This document shows positions 45,992-57,520 of a DNA stretch of 64,000 nt, one piece after another. The position numbers and the translations under genes are program-made. Position 1 is the stretch's first letter; each line of letters opens with the position of its first letter. The DNA comes from a virus (taxonomy: Duplodnaviria > Heunggongvirae > Uroviricota > Caudoviricetes). Location of the stretch: the IMG/VR virus record IMGVR_UViG_3300011008_000003, one strand, 5' to 3'. The notes under the pieces were generated by a model that ran no database searches, was not told the origin of the DNA, and was given only the letters and a program-made list of their open reading frames with translations.

Positions 45992-47338
45992 CTATAAATC
46001 GAATACGTTCACGTCTGGAGCCGGCTGTGGCGGTTCAGGCAGACTGTTAGAACCGAAATCTTCATCATTGTTGTTAAAAGACTTCAGGTCATAAATCTTC
46101 TGTTTTTCAATATCGACACCGATAGTTACAATCGGAGCCTTAGGCATACCATAACGAGTCTTAAGAAGCTTGACAGTATACATATCTGCAGCTTTCATTT
46201 CAGGTGTCTGTGTAACGCCGAAAATAGCGTCAGCCTTCATGGTCTGGCCGAATGAGTCAGCTGCGTCGTCAAGTCCCATTTCAGCCTTGCCATAACCACC
46301 GCGGTTAGCCTGCATAGCAGAAATAATCGGAATCTGTTCCACAAGACCGATAGAACGAACCTGAGCGGCGATTGCACGAAGCTTAGAGTTATCGTTCATA
46401 TTCGGGTCGACACGTCCATCCGGGACCATACATCCGATATAGTCAAGCATAATGACATCTGGATTAAAGTCATGCTTTTCTTTATATTCCTTGAGCAATG
46501 CCTTTAACTGGAGCGAGCTTACACAGTATTCTGGATATTCCTTAATCTTCAGCTTGTTATGACCAATCTGGCCTAACATCTTAGTAAACAAACGCATATA
46601 TGCTTCTTTATTCAAGGCCTTTAGTTCATTCTGTGTCTTGTCCATAAGATTCTGCATGATACGTTGACCGATTTTAACTTCCGGGTCTTCGAATGTAACA
46701 TACAAGACTCTCTTGCCAGCCAGAAGCATAGCAGAAGCCATGGAACAAAGGAACAAGGTTTTACCGATATTGGTCGGAGCCATGATAAGAGTCAATGACT
46801 GTTCGTGAACACCTCCGTGAATCATCTCGTCAAGTGTCTTACAGCCAGTAGGAATAACCTTTTCGTTGGTAACAAAATTATTATAGATTCGTTCTGGCTC
46901 TTCGAAGAACGAGAAACCAATCTGAGTATCGAAGGTAAAAGATTCAGCATACGCGACTTCTTCTGCGAAACTGCCAGTATGCTTGTTATTTACACAGTAG
47001 GTAGATATATTTTCTTGGATCTTGCGTAATAGACGTTTTCTGACGAAATCCTGTATTTCGTCAAGCATGAATTTCGTATTGACATCGCTATCTGGGATTG
47101 CCATACATTTGTTGAATGCGGCTACTGTTCTTTCGTCGGACAACAGCCTACGCATTTCAATGACATTGGGCATCGCAGAAAATCTTGCATTATAATCGCT
47201 TATAGCATTTACTATGTACTTATGATCTAGGTTTATAAACCAGTCGGAATTCAATTCCGGCACAACTTTTGAAGAAACGTCACTATTTGCGTAAAGTGCT
47301 TTGATTATTACTTGTTCGAATTCTATATCTGTAGTCAT
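45992..47338 (-). CDS. replicative DNA helicase (DnaB/T4 gp41-like)
   Basis: Walker A APTNIGKT, Walker B IMLDYIG and RecA-like C-terminal domain motifs. 448 aa. Confidence 0.85.
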   Translation of the reverse strand: MTTDIEFEQVIIKALYANSDVSSKVVPELNSDWFINLDHKYIVNAISDYNARFSAMPNVIEMRRLLSDERTVAAFNKCMAIPDSDVNTKFMLDEIQDFVRKRLLRKIQENISTYCVNNKHTGSFAEEVAYAESFTFDTQIGFSFFEEPERIYNNFVTNEKVIPTGCKTLDEMIHGGVHEQSLTLIMAPTNIGKTLFLCSMASAMLLAGKRVLYVTFEDPEVKIGQRIMQNLMDKTQNELKALNKEAYMRLFTKMLGQIGHNKLKIKEYPEYCVSSLQLKALLKEYKEKHDFNPDVIMLDYIGCMVPDGRVDPNMNDNSKLRAIAAQVRSIGLVEQIPIISAMQANRGGYGKAEMGLDDAADSFGQTMKADAIFGVTQTPEMKAADMYTVKLLKTRYGMPKAPIVTIGVDIEKQKIYDLKSFNNNDEDFGSNSLPEPPQPAPDVNVFDL

Positions 47339-47500
47339 TTTATTTCTCCGGGTTATTTATTAAAGTGTAACCCGTTGTTTGCAAATATAGAAAAAAGCCC
47401 GTGTATGATACAGGCTTTTAGATTTTATCTGATTTTTTAATAAATATGGATATTTTCACCTATATAAATATATAAAAAATTTTTTACTATATTTGTAGAT

Positions 47501-48310
47501 ATGACCAGTGAAGTTGTTTTATTAGTGAAAACGTCATATTATCATGATACCGTAGAATGGATTGAATGGTATAAGAAGTTGGGATTCGACCATATAACCA
47601 TATATGACAATGAATCTACGATTGACTTCAATACAATAATAGCAAATTATTCAGATTATGTGACATATAATAAAATTGTTGGATTTCCTGACCAACTAAA
47701 TTTGGAATTACAACATTATAGACAGTGCAAGTATGATTATGTCTTTTTTGCAGATGCCGACGAGTTTTTATGGATAGATCCAAAATATAAAAATATAAAT
47801 GAATATCTCGATACAAAATGTCAGAATAATGACATTCATCAGCTGGCTATCTACTGGGTAAAAATTTCAGCAAATCCATGTCCAGAAGCACGTAAAGATA
47901 AACCAGAATCTACTCAAGTTAAAACTTTTAAATATGTTCAAGAAATCGAAAGCGAAAGCTGGATAAAATGTTTTTACAGAACCGGTTTAGATTTTATGTC
48001 TATGCATTGCCATTTCGCATTACCGTATGATAAAATGTATGATACTAATGGAAACTCGATAGTTTTACAAGATATTCGAAAGTGTAATTATAATTATAAT
48101 ATGGATGACGCCATTTTGTATCATTATTTCCATAAATCATGGGAAGAATTCAAAACCAAAATGCAATCCACTTATGCACCAATGAATACGACCTATAAAG
48201 AACTGTACCCGAAATATCAGTTTAAGACATATTATAATTATGCAAGACTGTTATATAGAATAGGATATAATACGTATGATAATAAAATCGAAAAATATCT
48301 CTATGCATAA
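47501..48310 (+). CDS. GT-A glycosyltransferase, GT92/DUF23-like (paralog 1)
   Basis: VEWIEWY...GFDHITIYDNES and DxD FFADADEFLW blocks; very AT-rich gene. Confidence 0.55.
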   Translation: MTSEVVLLVKTSYYHDTVEWIEWYKKLGFDHITIYDNESTIDFNTIIANYSDYVTYNKIVGFPDQLNLELQHYRQCKYDYVFFADADEFLWIDPKYKNINEYLDTKCQNNDIHQLAIYWVKISANPCPEARKDKPESTQVKTFKYVQEIESESWIKCFYRTGLDFMSMHCHFALPYDKMYDTNGNSIVLQDIRKCNYNYNMDDAILYHYFHKSWEEFKTKMQSTYAPMNTTYKELYPKYQFKTYYNYARLLYRIGYNTYDNKIEKYLYA

Positions 48311-49790
48311 TATCGATTATAATGCAATCAATATTCGCTATGAACACGAAGAACCGATTGACGATTACGTTAGTGCAGAAATTACTGAAAATGGAGAATT
48401 ACGATATTGGAATCATATTTTAAGTAAGGTATTTAAATCAGTAAAGAAAGCGCCAAAGATTGAGTTAAAATATTGTTATTATGAATGGTCAAATTGGATT
48501 GATGTATTATGCGGTATTATTCAAGATATTAACAAGATGAATTTTATTCCAAGGATAACAATTCACGTTTATGGGAATATTGAACCGCCGGATATTTTTT
48601 TAAAATATTTTACTGTAACAAAAATAAATAATGTAAAAATAGGTTATCGTGATATGATTATTAAAAGTAGTAATTTTACTAATGACTGGTATATTATACA
48701 AGAAACTCTGACTAGTGTTGATGAATTACTTTCAAAGTATAATAACACAGAAATACGAGATATTCCGTTTAAGTATGATTCTGAAATTTTGTTAATTACG
48801 AATTCAAGAAGATATAATTTTTCGGATTTGGTATATTGGATTTTTTATCATAAAAATGTATTGAAATTTGATAATATTGTGATTGTTCATAATAACAATG
48901 ACGATAAAGATGATCAGCTTGCATTGATGCAAATCTGTAAGTATTTCAATGTTGATTATTTTTATGAACCAGTTGGTTCACAGAAGTTAATTTTTAATAA
49001 GTATCAGAAACTTTCTGAAGCAAAGTGGATGATTTGTATTGATGAAGACGAATTCATTTATTTACCGGATAATATGACAATAAATGAATTGCTAAGCAAA
49101 TATAAAAATGAATATAAGTTAACTTTTGATATGATTAATTTTTATAGCGATGTAATGCTTAGAAATAAGAATAGCAAAACATTTCTTGAAAATTTCAGAT
49201 ATATTTGTCTTGATGATTCAAATAAAAATTTGATTTTCCAGAATGAAACAGATTCATATGCATTAACCCTGTATAAGACTTTTGTTAATAATAAGTTATT
49301 TCATTATTTGATAAACGCCACGAACTCTTTGGTTGATAGAACATTATTTAGTGTTAAGAATGAAAACAATAATAATATTGTTACATTAATTCCAGAGGAT
49401 AAAAAGGTTCTTCGTGCTTTTCATAAGCCTGAAATTGGACTTATTCATAATCCATTTACAATGTATAATAAAGAGATGATTAAGTCTTATAATTTAACGT
49501 CTAAGCTATATGTTAAATATTCATATGAATATGATAAACCGAATGTTTCTCTATTAAATAATCCATTTATAGCGCATTATAAATATAGAACTTTGGAAGA
49601 ATACGCCAATAAAGTTAAGTATAATAAGTTTATGGATGTAACAAGTTGCTATTATGATACAAACTATAAGCTTGATAAATTCTGTAACTTATATGAACAT
49701 AAGACATTCTTTAAGGTTGATAAGTTATATGAAAAATATTTGACCCATGTCAATGAATGGAATATTATAAGACATGAAATCAACTGGTAA
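48276..49790 (+). CDS. GT-A glycosyltransferase, GT92/DUF23-like with N-terminal extension (paralog 2)
   Basis: LVYWIFYHKNV...IVHNNND and DxD ICIDEDEFIY in the C-terminal half. Confidence 0.5.
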   Translation: MIIKSKNISMHNIDYNAINIRYEHEEPIDDYVSAEITENGELRYWNHILSKVFKSVKKAPKIELKYCYYEWSNWIDVLCGIIQDINKMNFIPRITIHVYGNIEPPDIFLKYFTVTKINNVKIGYRDMIIKSSNFTNDWYIIQETLTSVDELLSKYNNTEIRDIPFKYDSEILLITNSRRYNFSDLVYWIFYHKNVLKFDNIVIVHNNNDDKDDQLALMQICKYFNVDYFYEPVGSQKLIFNKYQKLSEAKWMICIDEDEFIYLPDNMTINELLSKYKNEYKLTFDMINFYSDVMLRNKNSKTFLENFRYICLDDSNKNLIFQNETDSYALTLYKTFVNNKLFHYLINATNSLVDRTLFSVKNENNNNIVTLIPEDKKVLRAFHKPEIGLIHNPFTMYNKEMIKSYNLTSKLYVKYSYEYDKPNVSLLNNPFIAHYKYRTLEEYANKVKYNKFMDVTSCYYDTNYKLDKFCNLYEHKTFFKVDKLYEKYLTHVNEWNIIRHEINW

Positions 49791-49801
49791 GGCTCTATAT
49801 T

Positions 49802-50851
49802 ATGATATTGAAAAACAAAAATTACAATATTAAAATTTTTGATAGTGATAGTTATAATAATTATGATTTTAACCAACCGATAGATAAAGAAAAACTATAC
49901 AATACAGAACTAATTTTAATAACGAATTCTAATAATCTGAACGAATTGTTATATTGGCTGTATTGGCATATAAATGTTATTGGTTTTGAACATGTTGTAT
50001 TAATTGATAATTCCAAAGAAAATTTAATCCGACCGTTTATTTCTAAATTTGGAAATTCAATAACATATGTCAAGAAACCTGGCGTAATATCACAATGTGA
50101 AATTTATAATTATTATGTAAAAAATTCAAAATCTAAATGGGTATTGCCATTAGATGATGATGAATATTTGTATATATCTGATAAATTTGACCATAGTATA
50201 AATACATTTATCAAAAAGAATGATTTACCTGTTTACAAATATGCTTTTAACTGGCATATGATGTTTAGTGATACTATAATTGAAAAGAATAATGATTTTT
50301 ATGTAAATCTGTATCAAAGGGAATGCCCGATCGATTATGTAACATTCGACTGTTTTTGGTGTATCAAAACAATGGTCAATACCGAAATCAATCACCTATA
50401 TGTTTCTGATAATGGGGAAATACCGTTTGAATTAAAGCTAAATAATCTCAATATGGATAAAAACTATAGACATACAGATTCTGGATTTTCATTATTCAAA
50501 GTAAATCATATGGGGTCTGTACATAATCCTATAAGTAAGCTGAATAATACTTTCATGCATGCCTATAATTATAATACAGACGATATGACTGTAGGTTTAT
50601 TCTGTAATAACAAGGATAGGAATAGAGATATTTATATTGCACATTATAAGTATAGAGATTTAGATAGTATAAAGTTTAAGATAAAGAATTTTCATTTTAC
50701 TGATATAATGAAACAATATATCAATGACGCCTATAATTTGGATAATTATTATAATGCATTCAATATTATAAGACCATCATTGGTAAAAAATGATGATTTA
50801 TACAATTTATCAAATGAATTTGATTTGGGAAATAAAGTAAAAGCTATATAA
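49802..50851 (+). CDS. GT-A glycosyltransferase, GT92/DUF23-like (paralog 3)
   Basis: LLYWLYWHINVIGFEHVVLIDNS and DxD LPLDDDEYLY. Confidence 0.5.
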   Translation: MILKNKNYNIKIFDSDSYNNYDFNQPIDKEKLYNTELILITNSNNLNELLYWLYWHINVIGFEHVVLIDNSKENLIRPFISKFGNSITYVKKPGVISQCEIYNYYVKNSKSKWVLPLDDDEYLYISDKFDHSINTFIKKNDLPVYKYAFNWHMMFSDTIIEKNNDFYVNLYQRECPIDYVTFDCFWCIKTMVNTEINHLYVSDNGEIPFELKLNNLNMDKNYRHTDSGFSLFKVNHMGSVHNPISKLNNTFMHAYNYNTDDMTVGLFCNNKDRNRDIYIAHYKYRDLDSIKFKIKNFHFTDIMKQYINDAYNLDNYYNAFNIIRPSLVKNDDLYNLSNEFDLGNKVKAI

Positions 50852-50864
50852 TTTTATATAGCTT

Positions 50865-51725
50865 TTATTTTAAATATTTGAGTGTAGAATCTACAGTTAA
50901 ATCTAACATATATGGAAACTGTTTAGATTTCGTTAAATAATCTTCAATATTAGAATCCATATAATAACGTTTATTGTTTATCAAATTTTGTTTAATCAAT
51001 GATGTTTTTATTTTATCATTATATTCATCAATCGTAGTTATTCTATAATGGTACAATCTTAAATAATAGTCATATATTGTTCTTGCAAACATTTTATGCC
51101 TATTGTCTATCTCAAAAACATCAGTAGTTGTTATTGTTTCAAAATTTTTAAGACCATGATGAACACTATCGAAATCATTATTGTCATATAATATAACCGG
51201 CTTCATTTCTATAAATGCAACATTTATACGAAATTTACAGAGATCATTATAATTCATATTTTCTGGTCTAGTAGCCAATAAATTTTTTGACATCATATTT
51301 GTCCACGGTACACCGAGTGAATGTGTTTTAAACTTAATGAAATCGTGCATCACGCATTCTTTAAACGAATTAAATTTAAAACTATCATACCACCAAAATT
51401 CATCAAAATCCGGAATAATAATTATATCATTTATATTAGGTTTTATAATATCAGATATTACAATATTATAATTGTCAATCTGATTAGTTTTTGAATACAA
51501 TTCATTTATTAATACAATATTATTATAATTTTTGATATAATCAGAAATATTAAGTTCACTATTGTCATTAAGAATTATAATCTTATCGCACTTGATAAAT
51601 TTTTCATACCAAGTTAACCACATGTTAAAATCAGCAGCATTAGTACCTTTTATGATAAGAATGGCATATAATTTTTGAATTTCTTTAGAAATTTTTATAT
51701 TTGTATTTTTATAGAATAAAGCCAT
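50865..51725 (-). CDS. GT-A glycosyltransferase, GT92/DUF23-like (paralog 4)
   Basis: NMWLTWYEKF...IIILNDNS and DxD IIPDFDEFWW. Confidence 0.5.
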   Translation of the reverse strand: MALFYKNTNIKISKEIQKLYAILIIKGTNAADFNMWLTWYEKFIKCDKIIILNDNSELNISDYIKNYNNIVLINELYSKTNQIDNYNIVISDIIKPNINDIIIIPDFDEFWWYDSFKFNSFKECVMHDFIKFKTHSLGVPWTNMMSKNLLATRPENMNYNDLCKFRINVAFIEMKPVILYDNNDFDSVHHGLKNFETITTTDVFEIDNRHKMFARTIYDYYLRLYHYRITTIDEYNDKIKTSLIKQNLINNKRYYMDSNIEDYLTKSKQFPYMLDLTVDSTLKYLK

Positions 51726-51726
51726 A

Positions 51727-52860
51727 TTAACAAGTAGTGAAAAATTTTTCTAAATTATTTATATAGTCTTGATAATTCTCTTTTTGATGAATAAAATTAT
51801 AATTTCGTTCCTGACTTTTTATATCAAGCACGTTATCAAAAATATTAGGATTCAAATCATCAATATTGAATATATCCGTATGTTTAGAATAATATTGATA
51901 GTTTATTCCGTCTAAAAATATTTTCTTACCGGTATAAAGCATATGGTTTATATTTCCAATTGCTTCTTGACGTAATTGTCCAAATATGGCGCAAGAACAA
52001 TTATCAATTAGCTTAAAGTATTCATATTTTCCGATATAGTTTTCGATAAATATCGGATTAACATACATTAAAGCTTTACAGAATTCTTTTATTTTATTTT
52101 TATATTTTTCTGAATCAAACTGTTCAAATTTTCCATTTGGATATGCCAATGGAATATATGCATTACATTTGATTTTTCTTTCTTCCAAAATATTTAAAAT
52201 ATCGATGTGATTGTTTGTCGGTAATAGACAGTGACCGACAAGAATATTATTATTCAAAGATTCATTAGGTACAAATTGAATATTTGCCTTTGGATCCATA
52301 TAATCAAATGGAAAAGGTTTTACATTTTGAAATTTTTTAGAAACTAATTCAAACTCATTCGGTAATACAGTCGAAATATACGAAATTTTATTTAAGAAAC
52401 TATCGTATTGCCATTGCTTTCTAAGAATTTTATTGTACAACCATTTAAACGGATATTTAACCTTATATAACAAATTGTTATTCATTACATTGGCATATTG
52501 GCGAGTCAAGGGCTTAAATAAATCTATATCGACCGCCATTTTTAAAATATCATTTTTGTCGGAGTATATGTCATAACCCCATGTTATTCCGATAATTTTA
52601 GGTTTTAGCTTTAACAGTTTATATTTGTGCTCTAAGAAATAAAGAGAATGGAAAATTACAAAATCAAATTCATTATCGTTAATATAATTGATTAAATCCG
52701 TTAAATTACGGTAGTTTTTTACTTTTGTATTTTTTATACAATTATATTTGTCATATTTTAGATTTGTAAAAAATTCAGATTTTATGTTTAAATGCGAAAA
52801 AATATCGATAGCCAAATCGATAAATTTTTCGTCTGGACATAAATGACAAATCTTTAACAT
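51727..52860 (-). CDS. WecF-like glycosyltransferase (GT56, 4-amino-deoxyhexose transferase family) candidate
   Basis: Blocks FVIFHSLYF, GITWGYDIY, ILVGHCLLPTNNHIDIL and CAIFGQLRQEAIGN resemble my recollection of E. coli WecF (FFFHGQF, WHIWGADLY, ILVGNSGDRSNEHIAAL, FIFARQQGIGT). Confidence 0.45.
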   Translation of the reverse strand: MLKICHLCPDEKFIDLAIDIFSHLNIKSEFFTNLKYDKYNCIKNTKVKNYRNLTDLINYINDNEFDFVIFHSLYFLEHKYKLLKLKPKIIGITWGYDIYSDKNDILKMAVDIDLFKPLTRQYANVMNNNLLYKVKYPFKWLYNKILRKQWQYDSFLNKISYISTVLPNEFELVSKKFQNVKPFPFDYMDPKANIQFVPNESLNNNILVGHCLLPTNNHIDILNILEERKIKCNAYIPLAYPNGKFEQFDSEKYKNKIKEFCKALMYVNPIFIENYIGKYEYFKLIDNCSCAIFGQLRQEAIGNINHMLYTGKKIFLDGINYQYYSKHTDIFNIDDLNPNIFDNVLDIKSQERNYNFIHQKENYQDYINNLEKFFTTC

Positions 52861-52863
52861 GGA

Positions 52864-53895
52864 TTAGTAAATATTGATTTTAGAAGTCTTTTTTAGAATT
52901 TCAATTATTGTCAGGATTTCTTCTTTAGTTTCATGATCCAATTCAATACCGTTCATAAATTCGTTCAATCTGAATTCAGTATCGGCAAAATTGAATATAA
53001 TTGCACTGAAATTATACGGTTCAATAAATGCAGGGAAGTTTATAATATCCTTGTAATTATATTTAGAAATAGTGTAGGTTGTTTCCAATTCTATACCATC
53101 TGTATCATGTAAGTTTTTCAGAAATTCAAGGCTTTCTAATAACATTTCCCATTTTGCACCTTTTCTAATTGTTTCAAACAATTCTTTACTAGATGCATCA
53201 ATAGAAATCTTTATAGACTTTATAAGCTTTCTGGTATTCGGGTGAATCTTATTCCATTGTTTCGGTAATAAAATAGCGTTCGTCATAAGCATAATTTCTT
53301 TTAATTCATGTCCGCTTAAATCACTCGACAGAATACTCATATAATTCTTACTAAACAATGCTTCACCATCGCCAGCGATATTTAATGAATGACAATGCTT
53401 GGCATATTCAATTACCTTATCATTAAATTCTTTTGGAATATCGACCTTAGTAATAACATCATCACGACATGTAATACAAGATAAATTGCAAGAAATATCA
53501 TATGCGACTTCAAACCTATAAGGATATGGTTCTGAAAAATCGCCGGTTTCAAATGCATCGACAATTTTCTGTCCATATTCGCCGAAATGGTCAACACAGT
53601 TTTTGGCAGTAAAGAATCTTTCATCTCTCTGAATAAAATTCGGACAATTCAGGCAATGAGAAAAATCATGATTTAAAATTTTCTTTCGAAATTCTCTAGC
53701 TTTTTTTGACTGAAAATATGTATCAAACTTATTAACATCGGGTTCACGATATTCTTCAACTCTGCTTTTATTTTCAATCCAATGTAAACAGCACGGGAAT
53801 AGTCCATCATGCTTCTTAATATTTAATCTTATAAATGGCAAATAGCAAATATGTCTATCTTTTAAGTTATATTTATCTGTCATAATTACATCCAA
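52864..53895 (-). CDS. radical SAM enzyme
   Basis: CNLSCITC (CxxxCxxC) plus additional N-terminal Cys-rich region CYLPF...CCLHW. Confidence 0.6.
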   Translation of the reverse strand: MDVIMTDKYNLKDRHICYLPFIRLNIKKHDGLFPCCLHWIENKSRVEEYREPDVNKFDTYFQSKKAREFRKKILNHDFSHCLNCPNFIQRDERFFTAKNCVDHFGEYGQKIVDAFETGDFSEPYPYRFEVAYDISCNLSCITCRDDVITKVDIPKEFNDKVIEYAKHCHSLNIAGDGEALFSKNYMSILSSDLSGHELKEIMLMTNAILLPKQWNKIHPNTRKLIKSIKISIDASSKELFETIRKGAKWEMLLESLEFLKNLHDTDGIELETTYTISKYNYKDIINFPAFIEPYNFSAIIFNFADTEFRLNEFMNGIELDHETKEEILTIIEILKKTSKINIY

Positions 53896-54650
53896 ACATC
53901 ATCACTCATCGGACTATATTTATAGCCTTTCTTAATGGCTTCTTCCAAAGATAAATCTTTAAATTCCTGAGCATAGAACCAACGCCCGCTTGTCTTATCA
54001 TCTATCAAAGCACCTACAAGTGCTCCTGGAATAACGCTTTCTACAGGATTCAAACCAGTATTATTATTAAATCCGGTTTTCAAAGAACCAGGGTCAAGAA
54101 CATTCATTATAACGTCAGTTCCGGTCAATTTATTGGCGTAATCTTTAACATATTTTTTCAATGCAGCCTTTGCACATGAATATGCGGCATATTCTGGCTG
54201 GTTAACTATTCCGCTAACAGTAAATTGAATCCTACCAAAACCTCTATTTATCATTCTGCCAAGAAAATGATATGCAATCTTTACAGGGGCGAAAAAGTTT
54301 ACCGCCATTGCATTATGAAAATCTTCCATAGTATTAGTCGTATAATCTTCAAAATACTGGCTTAGCATTCCAGCATTATTGAAAACAATGTCAACATTTA
54401 CGCCCAATGAATCTATTTTCTTAAGCATGTCGTCAATTTCAAATTCATTTTCTAAATGACAACCGTAAGAAATAGCTGTAATATTCGGATTTATTGTATA
54501 AAGTTCTTTCAATACAGTGTCAGCATTTTCCTGTGTTCTCGCCTGGATAATTATATTTGCGCTAAGCTTTGCCATTTCATGAGCAATAAGTCTTCCAACA
54601 CCACGAGAACCACCAGTAATCAATACATATTTGTTTTTTACATCAATCAT
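53886..54650 (-). CDS. short-chain dehydrogenase/reductase (SDR)
   Basis: TGGSRGVG cofactor-binding motif and YSCAK (YxxxK) catalytic motif. Confidence 0.85.
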   Translation of the reverse strand: MIDVKNKYVLITGGSRGVGRLIAHEMAKLSANIIIQARTQENADTVLKELYTINPNITAISYGCHLENEFEIDDMLKKIDSLGVNVDIVFNNAGMLSQYFEDYTTNTMEDFHNAMAVNFFAPVKIAYHFLGRMINRGFGRIQFTVSGIVNQPEYAAYSCAKAALKKYVKDYANKLTGTDVIMNVLDPGSLKTGFNNNTGLNPVESVIPGALVGALIDDKTSGRWFYAQEFKDLSLEEAIKKGYKYSPMSDDVWM

Positions 54651-55567
54651 AGAGTATATCTTTTGATTAAAATTTGTTCAGTTACACTAATTTGATTATC
54701 TATCGGCAAGTTATTAAAACAGTTCATGTGATTACTTATCATATCATATCCTGTAGTAAGCGAAAATGCAACGCCTGCAGAGAAACGAGAATTAATATCG
54801 ATAAGATAATAGTTATCACCGTTGTGAATGAATTCCATACATAAAGAACCGTTTATATTCAATTTATTTCCGATATAAGAAACAATAGAAGCCAGTTTCT
54901 TATCATCGAACATTTTGACAGTTAATCCCGCTCCATTGCTTGTTCTGATAAGTTCTTCACGCATGACCATAGAATCTTTATTATCTTTGGCGGAACGGCA
55001 ATAATCAACCGTACAAACATTACCCTTGACATATTGCTGAACAATATACTTATATGGATTATTAAGAACCATTAATTGTTCAAATTCGGGCTTTATCAAT
55101 AAACCTTGGCTACTACGGCCATTTATCAATTTCGCTACGACCGTATTATATCTGATTTTATAATCCAATAATTTCCATGTAGTCGGAACAGTAACCATGT
55201 CGTCATGTTCAAAATACTTATAGAGCTCATACTTATTTCTGATAATCTTAAGTATATCATCTTCAGGCATACATAATGTAATTCCAGCGAATTGATTTCT
55301 ATTTCTGTTTATGACGTCGATTTCTAAATCGGTCAAAGGTACGATATATTTAATATCATGCTTCTTGCATGTATCAATAAGGAAATTACAGTATTTTTCC
55401 TCTTCGTCCGCATAAGGCGATTGATAAAAATAATCGCAGAGCGTACTTTCATAATGCCAATCTTTTGGATATATGTCACAACCGACAACAAGATTGTCAG
55501 AATTATTTAATTGCGTAATTACGCATTCGGCAGACATTGAACCTATTGCTGTTACTAAGATATTCAT
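54647..55567 (-). CDS. ATP-grasp ligase
   Basis: MNILVTAIGS N-terminal Rossmann-like start, central ATP-grasp fold and LIDINSRFSAG motif. Start taken at the internal Met. Confidence 0.65.
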   Translation of the reverse strand: MNILVTAIGSMSAECVITQLNNSDNLVVGCDIYPKDWHYESTLCDYFYQSPYADEEEKYCNFLIDTCKKHDIKYIVPLTDLEIDVINRNRNQFAGITLCMPEDDILKIIRNKYELYKYFEHDDMVTVPTTWKLLDYKIRYNTVVAKLINGRSSQGLLIKPEFEQLMVLNNPYKYIVQQYVKGNVCTVDYCRSAKDNKDSMVMREELIRTSNGAGLTVKMFDDKKLASIVSYIGNKLNINGSLCMEFIHNGDNYYLIDINSRFSAGVAFSLTTGYDMISNHMNCFNNLPIDNQISVTEQILIKRYTL

Positions 55568-55671
55568 GTACGTAAATATAGAAAATTTTATGATTTTTGT
55601 AAAAAACTTAATATTTTTCAAATTTTTTACTATTATTGTATTTGAATATAAATATTTATGCTTGAGGTTAT

Positions 55672-56583
55672 ATGCTGGTTGTAAAGAAAGAAAAAGACCT
55701 TGTTAAGTCAAAACATATATTAGACGTACTTGATAGATATAAAAAAGTTTTTAATTGCGATTGTAATATTAAATATCCGCAAAAATTTACCGAGAAAATG
55801 CAATGGCTTAAGGTATATGATAATAACCCGTTAAAGACATACTGTTCTGATAAAATAAATCTCAGAAATTATTGTAAGGACATATTGGGTCAAGATATAT
55901 GTCCAAAAATATATTCAGTATATGGTAACGTTTCAAGAATTGATATTGCATCGGTTCCAAAAATTTGTGTTATAAAATGTAATCATGGCAGTGGATATAA
56001 TATTGTACTGAACAATAGGAGTTTAACTCCACAAGATATGGAAACATTGGAAAGATGGTATCAGACAGATTTTTCAACCGTCGCACAGGAAAGCCATTAT
56101 AAAGCAATAAATCATAAGATTTTTACAGAAGAACTATTGAATATTGAATGCGAATATAAAGTCTGGTGTTTTCATGGAATGCCGAAATTTACCCAATGTA
56201 TTTTTTATGATAATCTTGGAAATACATTGTATAAACCTGACCCGGCATATAGAAGAATTTGGTCTCGCCATGATGCATTAATCAATACTGAATTTGAATT
56301 GATAAAGGGATGGCAGTTTAATATCGGTCGTCCGAGCTATAACGAAAATAAATACTTAAAACATTATTATAAAAGATATTGCAGGACCGAATATTATAAT
56401 ATGCTATTAAGATATTCAAAAATGCTTTCTGAAAAATTTAATTTTGTAAGGGTTGATTTTTATAAAACATTTGATAATAAGATTTATCTGTCAGAATTAA
56501 CTTTTATTCCTTCTGCCGGATTTATGCATTTCAATAGTGAACATACAGATTATCAAATTGGAAAATTGTTAAATATAGGTTAA
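55672..56583 (+). CDS. TupA-like ATP-grasp protein (PF14305-like)
   Basis: N-terminal FTEKMQWLKVYDNNPLKTYCSDKINLRNY resembles the TupA-like family consensus as I recall it. Confidence 0.4.
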   Translation: MLVVKKEKDLVKSKHILDVLDRYKKVFNCDCNIKYPQKFTEKMQWLKVYDNNPLKTYCSDKINLRNYCKDILGQDICPKIYSVYGNVSRIDIASVPKICVIKCNHGSGYNIVLNNRSLTPQDMETLERWYQTDFSTVAQESHYKAINHKIFTEELLNIECEYKVWCFHGMPKFTQCIFYDNLGNTLYKPDPAYRRIWSRHDALINTEFELIKGWQFNIGRPSYNENKYLKHYYKRYCRTEYYNMLLRYSKMLSEKFNFVRVDFYKTFDNKIYLSELTFIPSAGFMHFNSEHTDYQIGKLLNIG

Positions 56584-56587
56584 GATT

Positions 56588-57520
56588 ATGTTAATAAAAC
56601 ACGCGAAAAAGATAATAATGGATTGTGCATTGCCGACAGATACCTTGATTGTTCGTCTATTGGATCCTACTCATATCGCAGTTGCACATTGCGGGCAAAG
56701 AGAGAAAGAACTTGTTAACCCATTGAGTTTCGATGAAGTCTATGCTATGTCTTCAGATGATTTCTGGGAATATTTGCAAGATTCATATAAGAAAATTCCA
56801 GAAAATCATAAATGGGAACCAGATTATTATTGCTATACCAAAAATAAGATATGTATGTATAATGATAAATATGTCAAGAAAGTTATAATCTCGACATCTA
56901 AGCATTGTAATAATCTTTGTAAGATGTGTATGGTTTCATCAAATACATATCTAAATACGGAAACCGATAAAAAACTATATTTTAGTATTTTGGAGAAACT
57001 GAAAGGACATGGAATTTTCGAAATAGGCCTTACTCATAATGGCGAGCCGTTTTTGTATAAGAAAGAAGCTTTCGATTACATGGAATCATTAAAAGCAAAA
57101 ATTGACTGTACACAAATTTGTATAACTTCCAATACTTCGCTTCTTAACAGTGACGATATACAACGATTAAAACGTATAAAAGATATTCAGGGAATCGACA
57201 TGTTCTTTATGGCTTCATGTAGTGCTATTACGGCAGAAACCTATAAACAAGTACATGGCACACCATATTTTGAAACCGTAAAAAATAATATTCTCGAACT
57301 TAATAAAAATAATATATTATCCTGTATAAGTTTTGTGATTCAAAGAGAAAATATTCATGAACTTGAATTTCTAAAAGATTATTGGTATTCTCAAGGCGTA
57401 ACTGTTCCGTTATATGCCAGAATCCTCGTTGGGTTTGACGGTGCCGAAATTGCAAAAATGCCGGAATATCAGAGATTTTTACAAGTTCGTGAAAAACTGG
57501 GTCCAGAAATATTTAAATGA
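56588..57520 (+). CDS. radical SAM enzyme
   Basis: CNNLCKMC CxxxCxxC cluster in the first third of the protein. Confidence 0.6.
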   Translation: MLIKHAKKIIMDCALPTDTLIVRLLDPTHIAVAHCGQREKELVNPLSFDEVYAMSSDDFWEYLQDSYKKIPENHKWEPDYYCYTKNKICMYNDKYVKKVIISTSKHCNNLCKMCMVSSNTYLNTETDKKLYFSILEKLKGHGIFEIGLTHNGEPFLYKKEAFDYMESLKAKIDCTQICITSNTSLLNSDDIQRLKRIKDIQGIDMFFMASCSAITAETYKQVHGTPYFETVKNNILELNKNNILSCISFVIQRENIHELEFLKDYWYSQGVTVPLYARILVGFDGAEIAKMPEYQRFLQVREKLGPEIFK